Below, one piece after another: positions 55,834 through 64,000 of a stretch of 64,000 nucleotides of DNA. Every line of letters starts with the position of its first letter. The stretch's first letter is position 1. The DNA lies in assembly GCA_021413925.1 (NCBI GenBank), contig JAIOPL010000015.1, forward strand, positions 41,409 to 105,408, written 5' to 3'. Source of the DNA: Verrucomicrobiota bacterium (GTDB lineage: Bacteria; Verrucomicrobiota; Verrucomicrobiia; Chthoniobacterales; UBA6821). A program made the position numbers and the translations under genes. The notes beneath the pieces were generated by a model. It did no database searches. It saw only the letters and a list, made by a program, of their open reading frames with translations, and was not told the origin of the DNA.

Positions 55834-56703
55834 ATGAAGCTCCCAATCCTCGCTGCAATCCTATGCATGGGCTCGCTCGCCCACGCCGGATCCATTGTCC
55901 AGAAGCCACTCGATGAGTTCGTCATCTACGACATCCCGGTGGCCTCGAAGACGGGAACCACGACCGTCATGTTTCCCTCGGAAATCTCCGGGCTCTATGC
56001 CAAGTCGATTGCCGTTCAGGATCAGGAGAACGCAGGATTCCTGATCTCGTTCACTCCAGGGAACTTCTACTTCACGATCCGGGCGCTGAAGAAGGATGCG
56101 GAGGATCACCTGACCGTGATCTTCAACCGGAAGGCTTACGTGTTCCACCTAACGGCTTCGGATCATCCCTTCTACAATGTGACCCTCTACCAGGAGGAAC
56201 GGAGTGGTAAGGAGGGGAAGATCAATGTCGTGCCCGAGCGGATCCTCTCGCTCATGGATAAGGCCAAGGCCTACCCGCTGCTGCTGAAGGCGGAGCATGA
56301 TGCCTTGGCCGGGGTGCTCCATGCCTCGCCGGGGATCACCAATTACTACAAGGACTTCACGATCCGGATCCTCGATGTCTGGAGATTCGAGAAGGAGGAC
56401 ACACTCGTTTTTCGCCTGGAGCTGGAGAACGACTCCAACGAGGCGATCTACTACAAGCCGCAGGATCTGGCTGTTCGGCTGGATGAGCGGATCTACACGG
56501 AGTCCCTTGCCGATGCCTCCGGGGTGATGCCGCCGAAGTCGGTGACCACTGCATTCTTTGCCATCACGGGGAATGGGCAGGGTGGCCGTAATCACCTCGC
56601 CCCCGACAACAAATGGAATGTCCTCGTGGTTAGGGCAGAACCTCATCAAGCGGTGAGGAGTGCCAGTGCTAGTGGTACCTCCAACAAGAACGTCGTCCGA
56701 TGA
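55834..56703 (+). CDS. TrbG/VirB9-like exported protein
   Basis: Signal peptide MKLPILAAILCMGSLAHA. Beta-rich sequence. 4-nt overlap with the VirB10-like gene. Confidence 0.62.
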   Translation: MKLPILAAILCMGSLAHAGSIVQKPLDEFVIYDIPVASKTGTTTVMFPSEISGLYAKSIAVQDQENAGFLISFTPGNFYFTIRALKKDAEDHLTVIFNRKAYVFHLTASDHPFYNVTLYQEERSGKEGKINVVPERILSLMDKAKAYPLLLKAEHDALAGVLHASPGITNYYKDFTIRILDVWRFEKEDTLVFRLELENDSNEAIYYKPQDLAVRLDERIYTESLADASGVMPPKSVTTAFFAITGNGQGGRNHLAPDNKWNVLVVRAEPHQAVRSASASGTSNKNVVR

Positions 56704-57689
56704 ACCTCCGCGATTTCAAGACGGAGCTACTCAACAAGCCGACCGGGCGGCTGATCCTCTTCCTGTTTGCAGGAGGGGTGATTCTGGCCTTCATCCTGTT
56801 GCATCGAGGCGAAGGGAAGGTGAGCAAGGTAACCCCGGACATTCCGGTGCAGGCCACAGCAGCCAAGGGGTACACGATTGACGAGGGGATCCCTGACATC
56901 CAACCGGTGAGGCCGACGCCCACCCCGAAGCCTGCTGCCGTGCAGACTGATGGAAGACCCCTTGCGGTGAAGACCCCACCACCGATTCCGCAGGCGATCT
57001 TTGCCATGAAGGAGAACTCACTGAGTGAGAACTACCTTCCCTATGGACGACTCCTGAAATGCGAGTTGGTAAATACGGTGGACTCCATCAACCTGGATAC
57101 ACCGATCATCGGCCTGATTACTGAGGATGTCTGGAGGGATGGACGACTCATCATCCCGGCAGGGACGGAGGTTCACGGGGTTGCCAAGACCAGTGCCGCT
57201 AGAGATCGGGTAGGCTCCGAGCATCAGTGGATGCTCGTCTTCCAGAACGGGAAGCAACTCCCCCTAGCTGGCACGGTGCTGGACTACGCGCCTGATGAGA
57301 AGGAGCCAGGGCGCTGGAAAGATACTGATGGATCGGCGGGACTACGGGGCTATCAGATCGCCTCCGACAAGTATGCGGAGGCGAAGGCGATGTTAGCCTC
57401 GATGGTTGCCGCAGGGGCGGGAGCTTTCCCAGGGGTGACCAACATTATTTCCCCGCTGACGGGGGGAGCCACGCAGCTTCAGGGAGGAGGAATGACACAG
57501 GCCCTATCTGCAGGAATCCAAGCCGGTGGACAGCTCTATGCCCAGCGGCTCCTCGATGGGCTGCAGAAGAACCCCTACTACATCCGCGTTCCGGGCGGGA
57601 CGCTCTTCTACCTCTACGTCACCCAGACGGTCGATCTCGACAAGGCCGCTCGCGGGCTTGCCGCAAATAACAACCCATCCGCCAAATGA
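56700..57689 (+). CDS. TrbI/VirB10-like protein
   Basis: N-terminal TM helix, a Pro-rich linker (PVRPTPTPKPAAV), and a C-terminal region with VirB10-like GTEVHG...GSAGLRG. Confidence 0.7.
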   Translation: MNLRDFKTELLNKPTGRLILFLFAGGVILAFILLHRGEGKVSKVTPDIPVQATAAKGYTIDEGIPDIQPVRPTPTPKPAAVQTDGRPLAVKTPPPIPQAIFAMKENSLSENYLPYGRLLKCELVNTVDSINLDTPIIGLITEDVWRDGRLIIPAGTEVHGVAKTSAARDRVGSEHQWMLVFQNGKQLPLAGTVLDYAPDEKEPGRWKDTDGSAGLRGYQIASDKYAEAKAMLASMVAAGAGAFPGVTNIISPLTGGATQLQGGGMTQALSAGIQAGGQLYAQRLLDGLQKNPYYIRVPGGTLFYLYVTQTVDLDKAARGLAANNNPSAK

Positions 57690-58366
57690 AGTACCTCCTC
57701 TGCATTCCACTGATCTGCGCCGTCTCGGGCTGCGCCACACACAAAACCGTGAATCCCGAAAACTATCCTGCTGTTGCCGGAACCAGCGTTCCGCGGAGCA
57801 CTCTTTCAAGAGTCCGCACTTCTGAAGTCGTGAAATCCTATCCGACGGGAAGGTACACCGATCCTGACTTCCCGGACGATATGCATGAGCGGCACACACT
57901 CTACCGCAAGGAGCAGTCTGCCGATTGGAACTACAGGCCGGGAGGGCCGTATGCCTACCCGCTGGTCGTTTCTGATCCGACCCCCTCTTATTACGTCAAG
58001 ACGGATGGGGATCAGCGTAACTCCCAGCAGAAGGCCTATGCGGCGGCTCTGGAGGAACAGAACACCGCCATGAAGAAGCGGATCGAGTCCCTTCAGAAGG
58101 ATTCGGACAAGGTGCCGATCCTTGAAAACCAGGTGAAGGATCTGAAGGAGCAGCTCGATGCCGAGCCCCTCGCATCACCTGCTCCCAAGAAACAGGACCC
58201 TTCGGAGGAAAAGCCCACAGGGTTTTCGGAGGCAGAGGATCCGCAGGGCGATCTTATTGCCGAGATGAAGCTCAACGATGAGCTCAACGGGGAACTTGAT
58301 GCGCTGGAGGGAAGGCGGCGCTTGGTTCTGATGGACCTAGCCTTCCTTAACACACTTACACCATGA
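57686..58366 (+). CDS. Lipoprotein with coiled-coil C-terminus
   Basis: Lipobox VSGC within MKYLLCIPLICAVSGCAT. ATGA overlap with the upstream gene. Confidence 0.55.
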   Translation: MKYLLCIPLICAVSGCATHKTVNPENYPAVAGTSVPRSTLSRVRTSEVVKSYPTGRYTDPDFPDDMHERHTLYRKEQSADWNYRPGGPYAYPLVVSDPTPSYYVKTDGDQRNSQQKAYAAALEEQNTAMKKRIESLQKDSDKVPILENQVKDLKEQLDAEPLASPAPKKQDPSEEKPTGFSEAEDPQGDLIAEMKLNDELNGELDALEGRRRLVLMDLAFLNTLTP

Positions 58367-58605
58367 GCAAACCCACCACTGTCGCCATCAATCTGGATCC
58401 CGCGAGCTACGCGATTTTTCAAGAGGCTGTCTCCCTGACCGAGAGTGCCGGAGCAAAGGTCACGGTCAGCCAGCTCCTCCAACACCATCTTCATGACGAA
58501 ATCCGGAAACAGAACCCCCGGAGAATCGCCCAGCGTTTCCTCAAGTCGGTCGTTCAGCAGATCAGGGTGACCCCTTTCGGGGAAACCCTTGGACGAAAGG
58601 TCTGA
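58363..58605 (+). CDS. Small hypothetical protein
   Basis: 80 aa. ATGA overlap with the upstream gene. Confidence 0.4.
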   Translation: MSKPTTVAINLDPASYAIFQEAVSLTESAGAKVTVSQLLQHHLHDEIRKQNPRRIAQRFLKSVVQQIRVTPFGETLGRKV

Positions 58606-58667
58606 GGATTACCCGTCAACTTGCACGGCTACGGGAATCTAAACGCCGTGCGCCACAACTGAGATAT

Positions 58668-59027
58668 ATGGCCATCACATCACCGAAACAGAAAGAGGAA
58701 CTGATGCAGCAGTTCAAAATCAACCCCGAGGTCAACGCGAAGCTGGAAGCCTTCATGAAGTCCGAGCCCGGACTTGTGGAGTTCGTAAAGCAACTCCCCA
58801 GGGAGCAACTGGAGCGTAAGTTCCTCCTGCGCAAGATGCAGGATTTAGATCAGCGGGAGGGCTACACAACCAAGGTGAAAGCCTGGTTGGAGAAGCCGGA
58901 ACAAGCAGAAGTCCTGAAAGCCATCCGCTCCATGGTGAGCCCGCTTATGAAGCCTGAACGTCAGGAGCAGGTCATCGTCAACCAAGCCAAGAACTTCATC
59001 AAAAACACTGGAGTGAAGCTCAGCTGA
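58668..59027 (+). CDS. Hypothetical helical protein
   Basis: 119 aa. A strong terminator follows. Confidence 0.45.
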   Translation: MAITSPKQKEELMQQFKINPEVNAKLEAFMKSEPGLVEFVKQLPREQLERKFLLRKMQDLDQREGYTTKVKAWLEKPEQAEVLKAIRSMVSPLMKPERQEQVIVNQAKNFIKNTGVKLS

Positions 59028-59050
59028 GTTTGATCCGAAGTCTCAAGAGA

Positions 59051-59080
59051 GCCCCTGCCTGAAAGGGCAGGGGCTTTTTT
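59051..59080 (+). terminator. Rho-independent terminator
   Basis: Stem gcccctgcc (59051..59059), 6-nt loop, stem ggcaggggc (59066..59074), then tttttt. Confidence 0.85.
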
Positions 59081-59084
59081 GCCC

Positions 59085-59390
59085 ATGCATGAAGTAACCC
59101 AAGAGAAGGATAGTGACGCCTTTGAGGGGGCTGCTCAGGCGGTCGTAATGATCAGTACATCTGAAGTCCCGAAAGGGGATCCGCCAGGTGTTCATCCTAG
59201 CGCAGAGTTCATCAGTTCAAAGGTCGCTGCGGCCTGGATGGGCCTGCCGCTCCGATCATTCCTTCAGTACGTCCAAATGGGTGAGCTTCCAAGTTATAAG
59301 ATTGGTAAACACCGGCTATTTCGGCGCAGCGAGCTTCTTAAGGCGATAGGAGCGACTCGAAGAGCTACCTGGGACGAGATCCTTCGGTGA
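59085..59390 (+). CDS. Excisionase-type helix-turn-helix DNA-binding protein
   Basis: ATG at 59085. AAWMGLPLRSFLQYVQMGELPSYKIGKHRLFRRSELLKAI matches the MerR/excisionase HTH_17 pattern. Adjacent to the integrase. Confidence 0.6.
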   Translation: MHEVTQEKDSDAFEGAAQAVVMISTSEVPKGDPPGVHPSAEFISSKVAAAWMGLPLRSFLQYVQMGELPSYKIGKHRLFRRSELLKAIGATRRATWDEILR

Positions 59391-60728
59391 TGCCTTTTTC
59401 TTGGGTTTCTTGGCAGATCCCTTCTTCTCGGGCTTTTTACCTGAATCATCTACCTGCCCGTTACCGGGTTTTTTCCTGATGCCCGGCATGATGCCGAACC
59501 ACTCCTCTGCATCCTCCGGAGTGACCAACTCACGGTAGTTCTCAAAAAGCTTCCTGGGACTGTTTCCCATTTCCAAGGCCACCTGAGCCGCATTCTGGGT
59601 TTGAGCGAGCCTGTAGGAGGCAAAGGAATGGCGGAATCCATTGTGGACCCGGGCGAACCCCACGAGATCTGCTGATTGGCTGAACTTAGACATCAGGGTC
59701 GAGTCATGGGCAAACCGGGGACAGGGAGTCTCTCCCGTCTTGTCCTTGTATCGGGTGAGCCACGCTTTGAGGTTCGGCAATATCGGAACCAGCCTTCTGC
59801 TGGCTGTTTTGGCCTTCTGGGCAGCCACCTCGATGTAACCCTTTTCCAGCCATACATCTTTCCAATCCAGCCGGTGTAGTTCGGCTGACCTCATTCCCGT
59901 GAATGCAGCAATCGACACAAAGGGAACCCACCTGTCGTCGATTGATGAGAGGAGATTTTTGATCTCCTTCGGGGTGTAAATGCCCGGGGCCTTGTTCGCG
60001 GTCGCTTTGACTTTCTTGACCCTCTCGACAGCTGTCCTTTCATTTTCAGGCAAATAGCCCTGATTTCGGGCATAGGTGAAGAGACTGGCTAGAGACGTGC
60101 GGTAGTTATTTCTTGTCCTTCCCCTGGCCTTTATTGAATCCAACCACTCATCAATCTTGGTCGTTGTTATGTCTTGGACATCCGTTGAAAACGACTTCAC
60201 TGCGAGTCTCAGGCGCGCCTGTGTATCCTGCTTGTAACGATAGGAGTTGTCCGTGATGGAGAGCAGGTACTTGTCCATCAGTTCCTTGAATTTTATCTGC
60301 GGGATTTTCCGCTTCTTGTCCTCCCGGACAAAGAACTGTGCCGCCTCGGAAAGGGTGCCTTGCCCTTTCAGAATTCTGAGGGCTTCAACATACTCACGCA
60401 CGGCTCTTGAGATAGGTACGTCGAATGCCTTCAGAGATTCACCTACGTCTTTAAGGACTGCTGCCTGGGCAGCTGAAAATGTCACCCCTCCATGCGCCTT
60501 ACCGCTGGCGAGTTCTTCAATGAGTTCCCTGGCCCTTTTTCTTGCCGACTCGATTGAGGAGGTTCTCTCCCTGTCGCGCTTACCTTCCTTGTAATAGGAG
60601 AGCTGAAAACTCGTCACCCCACGCACAGGGCTGCTATAGATAGGCACCTTGATACCCTTGCCTTCGATGACCTCAATCGGACCTCTCTTCTTTTTCAGTG
60701 ATTTGGATGTCATGGGGGTACAACTCAA
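59316..60728 (-). CDS. int: Tyrosine recombinase / phage-type integrase
   Basis: Catalytic pattern: AFTGMRSAELHRL (Arg), HNGFRHSFASY (His-x-x-Arg), and FENYRELV (Tyr). The C-terminus has a Lys-rich tail. Confidence 0.9.
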   Translation of the reverse strand: MSCTPMTSKSLKKKRGPIEVIEGKGIKVPIYSSPVRGVTSFQLSYYKEGKRDRERTSSIESARKRARELIEELASGKAHGGVTFSAAQAAVLKDVGESLKAFDVPISRAVREYVEALRILKGQGTLSEAAQFFVREDKKRKIPQIKFKELMDKYLLSITDNSYRYKQDTQARLRLAVKSFSTDVQDITTTKIDEWLDSIKARGRTRNNYRTSLASLFTYARNQGYLPENERTAVERVKKVKATANKAPGIYTPKEIKNLLSSIDDRWVPFVSIAAFTGMRSAELHRLDWKDVWLEKGYIEVAAQKAKTASRRLVPILPNLKAWLTRYKDKTGETPCPRFAHDSTLMSKFSQSADLVGFARVHNGFRHSFASYRLAQTQNAAQVALEMGNSPRKLFENYRELVTPEDAEEWFGIMPGIRKKPGNGQVDDSGKKPEKKGSAKKPKKKASPKDLVPGSSSSRSYRLKKLAAPK

Positions 60729-60793
60729 AGCTTATTTGTCCTGCATCTGTCCTGCAAGCCACTTTTTGAGGTTTTCCCTCTGTAGACCGAACG

Positions 60794-60818
60794 TGTTCGA
60801 ATCCCGTTAGGGTGGCCA
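60794..60818 (+). repeat. tRNA 3'-end-like fragment (T-loop ttcgaat, T-stem, acceptor, CCA) containing copy A of an 18-bp direct repeat
   Basis: gtgTTCGAATcccgttagggtggCCA. The 18-mer atcccgttagggtggcca (60801..60818) recurs at 60937..60954. No complementary 5' acceptor strand (caccCta) lies upstream, so this is not an intact tRNA. Confidence 0.55.
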
Positions 60819-60936
60819 ACTTTGTTGGCAATCGCCGTAAGGCGAATTCGAACTCGTAGGGTTTGACTGCCATGCTGCGATCAGCAGCAATTCTCTTTTC
60901 CGCAGGGAAACTGCAGAGCCTGCCATTGGCAGGATC

Positions 60937-60954
60937 ATCCCGTTAGGGTGGCCA
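60937..60954 (+). repeat. Copy B of the 18-bp direct repeat atcccgttagggtggcca
   Basis: Exact match to 60801..60818. It lacks the T-loop. Confidence 0.6.
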
Positions 60955-61015
60955 GCTTCTCGGTTAGATGGCGCGAGTGCCTTGACTCGCGGCTTACGTC
61001 GGGGAAGATACATGG

Positions 61016-62029
61016 ATGAGCACGACCCGATCCGGACTTGATCTCCTACGCAGGATGCGGCGCAACCGCGCCACACCCGCCGTGCGTGCCCTGGTCCGGG
61101 AGACTGTTCTACGTCCGGAGGACCTGATTCAACCCCTGTTTGTCCGTGCGGGTGAGGGAGTTCCCGAGCTTGTGGAGTCGATGCCCGGAGTGGTCCGGCA
61201 TACAGTGGATTCTCTGGTCGAGACGTGCCGTCACTTGGAGCAGGTCGGAATCAGGGCGATGGCGATTTTTCCCTGCATCGAGGGCTCGAAGAAGAACCCC
61301 GAAGGCTCCCATGCCCATGCCTCGGAGAATGTTCTTTTTTTAGCGATTCGAGCGTTGAAGGAGGCTTGCCCCGGCTTAGCCATCATCGCTGATGTGGCTC
61401 TCGATCCCTACACCGACCATGGTCATGATGGATTGCTGGATGTCCGTGGTGAAGTAGAGAATGATTCCACGGTGGAGGCGCTGAAGAGGCTGGCCGTAGC
61501 GCAGGCGGAAGCTGGAGCGGATATCGTCGCACCCTCTGACATGATGGATGGGCGGGTTAAGGCGATCCGCATGGCGCTGGATGCCGCCGGTTTTCAAGGG
61601 ACTGGGATTCTGGCCTATGCCGCCAAATATGCCTCCGCTTACTACGGACCGTTCCGGGATGCGCTGAAGAGCGGCTCCGGTCAATCGACCCCCAAGCTCG
61701 ATAAGCGCGGCTACCAGATGGATCCGGGCAATGTGCGTGAGGCTCTGCATGAGGTACAGCTCGACGAGGAGGAGGGGGCCGACATGGTGATGGTGAAGCC
61801 CGCTGGTCCCTACCTCGATATTATCCGTGCGGTGCGTGGGCACACGCTGCTTCCGGTCGCGGCCTATCAGGTCTCCGGCGAATATGCCCAGATCCATGCA
61901 GCCGCCCGGTTGGGATGGCTCGACTACCAGGCGACGCGGGATGAATCGCTGCTTGCCATCAAGCGAGCTGGAGCTGACATGATCCTGACCTATTTTGCGG
62001 CCGAGGTCGCGGCATCGCTGAAAGTATGA
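61016..62029 (+). CDS. hemB: Porphobilinogen synthase (delta-aminolevulinate dehydratase)
   Basis: 337 aa. N-terminus RRMRRNRATPAVRALVRETVLRPEDLIQPLFV. Motifs APSDMMDGRV and KPAGPYLDII are characteristic of the family. Confidence 0.93.
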   Translation: MSTTRSGLDLLRRMRRNRATPAVRALVRETVLRPEDLIQPLFVRAGEGVPELVESMPGVVRHTVDSLVETCRHLEQVGIRAMAIFPCIEGSKKNPEGSHAHASENVLFLAIRALKEACPGLAIIADVALDPYTDHGHDGLLDVRGEVENDSTVEALKRLAVAQAEAGADIVAPSDMMDGRVKAIRMALDAAGFQGTGILAYAAKYASAYYGPFRDALKSGSGQSTPKLDKRGYQMDPGNVREALHEVQLDEEEGADMVMVKPAGPYLDIIRAVRGHTLLPVAAYQVSGEYAQIHAAARLGWLDYQATRDESLLAIKRAGADMILTYFAAEVAASLKV

Positions 62030-62589
62030 TCAGGATCCGGAGTCTTCATTTGGTATCGTTTTCGGCGTTGCTTTGCGGAGTGGTGCTTTTTCTCTCGGGT
62101 TGCGCGGACACCCATCATTGCCTGATCGTGAGCGTTCCCGATCAGAAGATGCTCGTGCTGACCGATGGGAAGCCCGTGGCTCTTTACAAGGTCTCGACTT
62201 CGAAATACGGGACGGGTGACCACGAGGGAAGCTATGCCACGCCGGTCGGTCATCTTTGTATCCGTAAGAAGATAGGTGAAGGCTCTCCTCTGGGGTCTGT
62301 TTTTCATTCGCGCAAACCGACGGGGGAGGTTCTTCCGCCGGATGCTCCGGGACGTGATCCCATTGTGACGCGGATTCTTTGGCTTGATGGTCTGGAAGCG
62401 CACAACCGCAATGCCTTCAGCCGCTGCATCTACATCCATGGCACACCTCAGGAGTCACTACTCGGCACACCGGTCAGTTATGGCTGCATCCGGATGCGTT
62501 CAATCGATGTCAAAACACTCTATGAACTCGTCGGGACGGGAGCCCAAGTCGTAGTCACCGAAGGGCATCTGAAAGAGACGGGACTTTAA
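62026..62589 (+). CDS. L,D-transpeptidase (YkuD) lipoprotein
   Basis: Lipobox LSGC. IYIHGTPQESLLGTPVSYGCIRMRSIDV. ATGA overlap with hemB. Confidence 0.85.
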   Translation: MIRIRSLHLVSFSALLCGVVLFLSGCADTHHCLIVSVPDQKMLVLTDGKPVALYKVSTSKYGTGDHEGSYATPVGHLCIRKKIGEGSPLGSVFHSRKPTGEVLPPDAPGRDPIVTRILWLDGLEAHNRNAFSRCIYIHGTPQESLLGTPVSYGCIRMRSIDVKTLYELVGTGAQVVVTEGHLKETGL

Positions 62590-62642
62590 AAAAACCACCG
62601 GACCGAGTTGACGAGCTGCTCTTATAAGGCCAGCTTATCGGC

Positions 62643-63299
62643 TTGAGATATTTTTCCTATCTGTCCGCCACTTTTTTCCTGATCAGAGCCCTTCAGGCTG
62701 AAGGAGTTCAGCCTGTGGTGCCCATCCCTTCTGGCGATCCTCATCATGAGATCATTGTGAGCGTGAAGGATCAGCAATTACAACTGAGGATCGATGGCAA
62801 ATCACAGGCCATCTATCCCGTCTCAACGTCCCGGTTCGGGGTCGGCGACCGCATAGGGAGCTATGCCACCCCTTTGGGTAAGTTCCTTGTCCGCATGAAA
62901 ATCGGTATGGGACAACCACTTGGGGAAGTCTTCCGCTCACGCACACCCACCGGGGAGGTTCTCAAGCCGAACGCCCCGGGTAGGGATCCCATCGTCACGC
63001 GGATCCTCTGGCTGGAAGGGATGGAGGCAGGAAATAGGAACGCCTTCAACCGCGGGATCTACATCCACGGAACCCCGCAGGAGAGTGCCCTGGGGCGGCC
63101 GGCCAGCTACGGATGCATCCGGATGCGCTCCAAGGATGTCGCCACGCTCTGTGATCGTGTCGGTACCGGCGTGACGGTTCGCATTATCAACGACCACCTT
63201 CCCGAGCGGTCGGGTTGGGGTGGATTCCTAAATGCCAACCGCCTCGTAGCGGCGAATACCCGCACTCCAGAGTCCTCGGGCGAGAAGGAAGCAGAGTAG
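62643..63299 (+). CDS. L,D-transpeptidase (YkuD), TTG start
   Basis: IYIHGTPQESALGRPASYGCIRMRSKDV. Has a signal peptide. Confidence 0.78.
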   Translation: MRYFSYLSATFFLIRALQAEGVQPVVPIPSGDPHHEIIVSVKDQQLQLRIDGKSQAIYPVSTSRFGVGDRIGSYATPLGKFLVRMKIGMGQPLGEVFRSRTPTGEVLKPNAPGRDPIVTRILWLEGMEAGNRNAFNRGIYIHGTPQESALGRPASYGCIRMRSKDVATLCDRVGTGVTVRIINDHLPERSGWGGFLNANRLVAANTRTPESSGEKEAE

Positions 63300-64000
63300 C
63301 ACCCAGGTCGCCTGGATGATCAGGCCCTCCAAGAGCCTAGGGCCCTGGATCTTCTCCATCAGGACGGCCACGGGAAAGTAGAGCTCGTAGGGAAAGGGAA
63401 GCAGTCGCAACACCGTTCCGGCAACTCCCGGGACGGTATCGAGCGGGAAGAGCTTGCCGCTGAGGAAGTATTCGAACGAGTAGAGGATGAAGACGACGGT
63501 CGAGATCTCGAGGATCCAGAAGGCGAGCATCGCGAGCGAGTAGGCGATCAGGAACTGGATGGCGCCGGCCATTACCAGGCTGATGAGGAACCATGCCCAG
63601 GTAGAGGCATGAGCCGGCCACTGCAGATATTGCCCGTACCACCAAAAGACGCCGATCACGGGGAGTAGGGTGACGGCGGTGTAGAGAAGCCTGGAGCCAA
63701 CAAAGATGCAGGAGCGATAGGCAAGGAAATCAAACGGCTTGAGCAGGAAGGAGCTGAGTTGGCCTTCTCGAATCTCCGCCGCGATCTGCCACTCGTCCTC
63801 CGTGGGGGTGATCAGGTTGTCGACCAGCAGGACAATCAGGAAGTAGAAGACCATCTCGCTGAAGTCGTATCCGGCGATCGATCCCGAGGTGCCGTCGAAG
63901 ATGGCCCTCCAGACGAAGACAGTCCCGAAGAGCGGGATCAGGGCGAAGAGGGAGCGAAGCAGGAAATTCCAGCGGTAGACAAATGTGTTCTGCAGGCCGA
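63228..64000 (-). CDS. ABC-2-type transporter permease (gene start lies beyond right edge)
   Basis: Polytopic membrane sequence. The frame stays open upstream of the track ATG (63854) to the window end (...GLQNTFVYRWNFLLRSLFALIPLFGTVFVWRAIF...). Confidence 0.65.
   Translation of the reverse strand, partial: GLQNTFVYRWNFLLRSLFALIPLFGTVFVWRAIFDGTSGSIAGYDFSEMVFYFLIVLLVDNLITPTEDEWQIAAEIREGQLSSFLLKPFDFLAYRSCIFVGSRLLYTAVTLLPVIGVFWWYGQYLQWPAHASTWAWFLISLVMAGAIQFLIAYSLAMLAFWILEISTVVFILYSFEYFLSGKLFPLDTVPGVAGTVLRLLPFPYELYFPVAVLMEKIQGPRLLEGLIIQATWVLLCFLLARGLWSAGIRRYEAVGI

Larger units (their letters stand above)
28393..60818. mobile_element. Putative integrative conjugative-type genomic island (defence cargo, VirB/Trb-like T4SS, xis/int); left boundary uncertain
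   Basis: A tyrosine integrase and an excisionase-like HTH gene sit at the right end, next to tRNA-3'-end-like repeats. A T4SS gene set is present, along with mobile-element-type umuDC and R-M cargo and patchy GC content. A truncated clp fragment lies at the left. No matching left att repeat was found by eye. Confidence 0.5.

Noticed and set aside
59316-59390. 75-nt convergent overlap between the excisionase-like gene and the integrase, with a Lys-rich integrase tail
   Set aside because: This is probably benign. It may reflect a real tail-to-tail overlap or a slightly shorter true end of one ORF. Nothing in the sequence suggests a regulatory device, although antisense coupling is conceivable.
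60758-60818. Intact tRNA gene adjacent to the integrase
   Set aside because: Only the T-arm, acceptor strand and CCA are tRNA-like. The best 5' pairing (gccac with gtggc) gives a 60-nt molecule with no D-arm or proper anticodon arm, and the T-stem has a T/C mismatch. I treated it as a tRNA-derived fragment.
60973-60992. 7-bp stem hairpin cgcgagt-gccttg-actcgcg ~25 nt upstream of hemB
   Set aside because: It has no T-run and no recognisable riboswitch features, and is too short to interpret. It is possibly a 5'-UTR structure, but that is unsupported.

Overview
64-kb bacterial chromosomal window. I saw no rRNA gene, no intact tRNA, no CRISPR array and no transposase. GC content is high overall, with sharply AT-rich patches. 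The content falls into four parts. (1) 1-23.8 kb holds a co-directional cluster of exported envelope proteins. It is dominated by four giant caspase-like (peptidase C14) genes. Three of these share a near-identical ~1.35-kb 3' effector module fused to unrelated AT-rich N-terminal repeat/beta-propeller-like heads. One copy carries an in-frame TAA between the catalytic His and Cys. Neighbouring genes encode LPP20-like repeat proteins, a CsgG-like/DUF4384 protein, small lipoproteins and a HicAB pair. (2) 23.8-28.4 kb holds an AbiEii-type toxin pair, a Lys/Ala-rich protein, a LysM protein and an L,D-transpeptidase. (3) ~28.4-60.8 kb looks like an integrative, conjugative-type island. A 13-gene minus-strand string carries DUF4236, then hsdM-hsdS, a 1183-aa unknown protein and an Rx4H protein wedged into the type I R-M operon, then hsdR. 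It continues with a methylase-TRD-unknown fusion, umuD, an inserted DUF4145-like gene, umuC, and a PIN-GNAT-PUA-like / ASCH / P-loop trio. A plus-strand VirB/Trb-like type IV secretion module follows, interrupted by a fic gene, and then an excisionase-like HTH gene and a tyrosine integrase. The integrase abuts duplicated tRNA-3'-end-like fragments. (4) 61-64 kb is housekeeping: hemB, two L,D-transpeptidases and an ABC-2 permease. The best candidates for undescribed biology are the exported caspase array, the two genes embedded in the type I R-M operon, the methylase-TRD fusion with an Rx5H C-terminal domain, and the PIN-GNAT/ASCH/P-loop trio. All domain calls come from motif recognition by eye. 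No database search was run.
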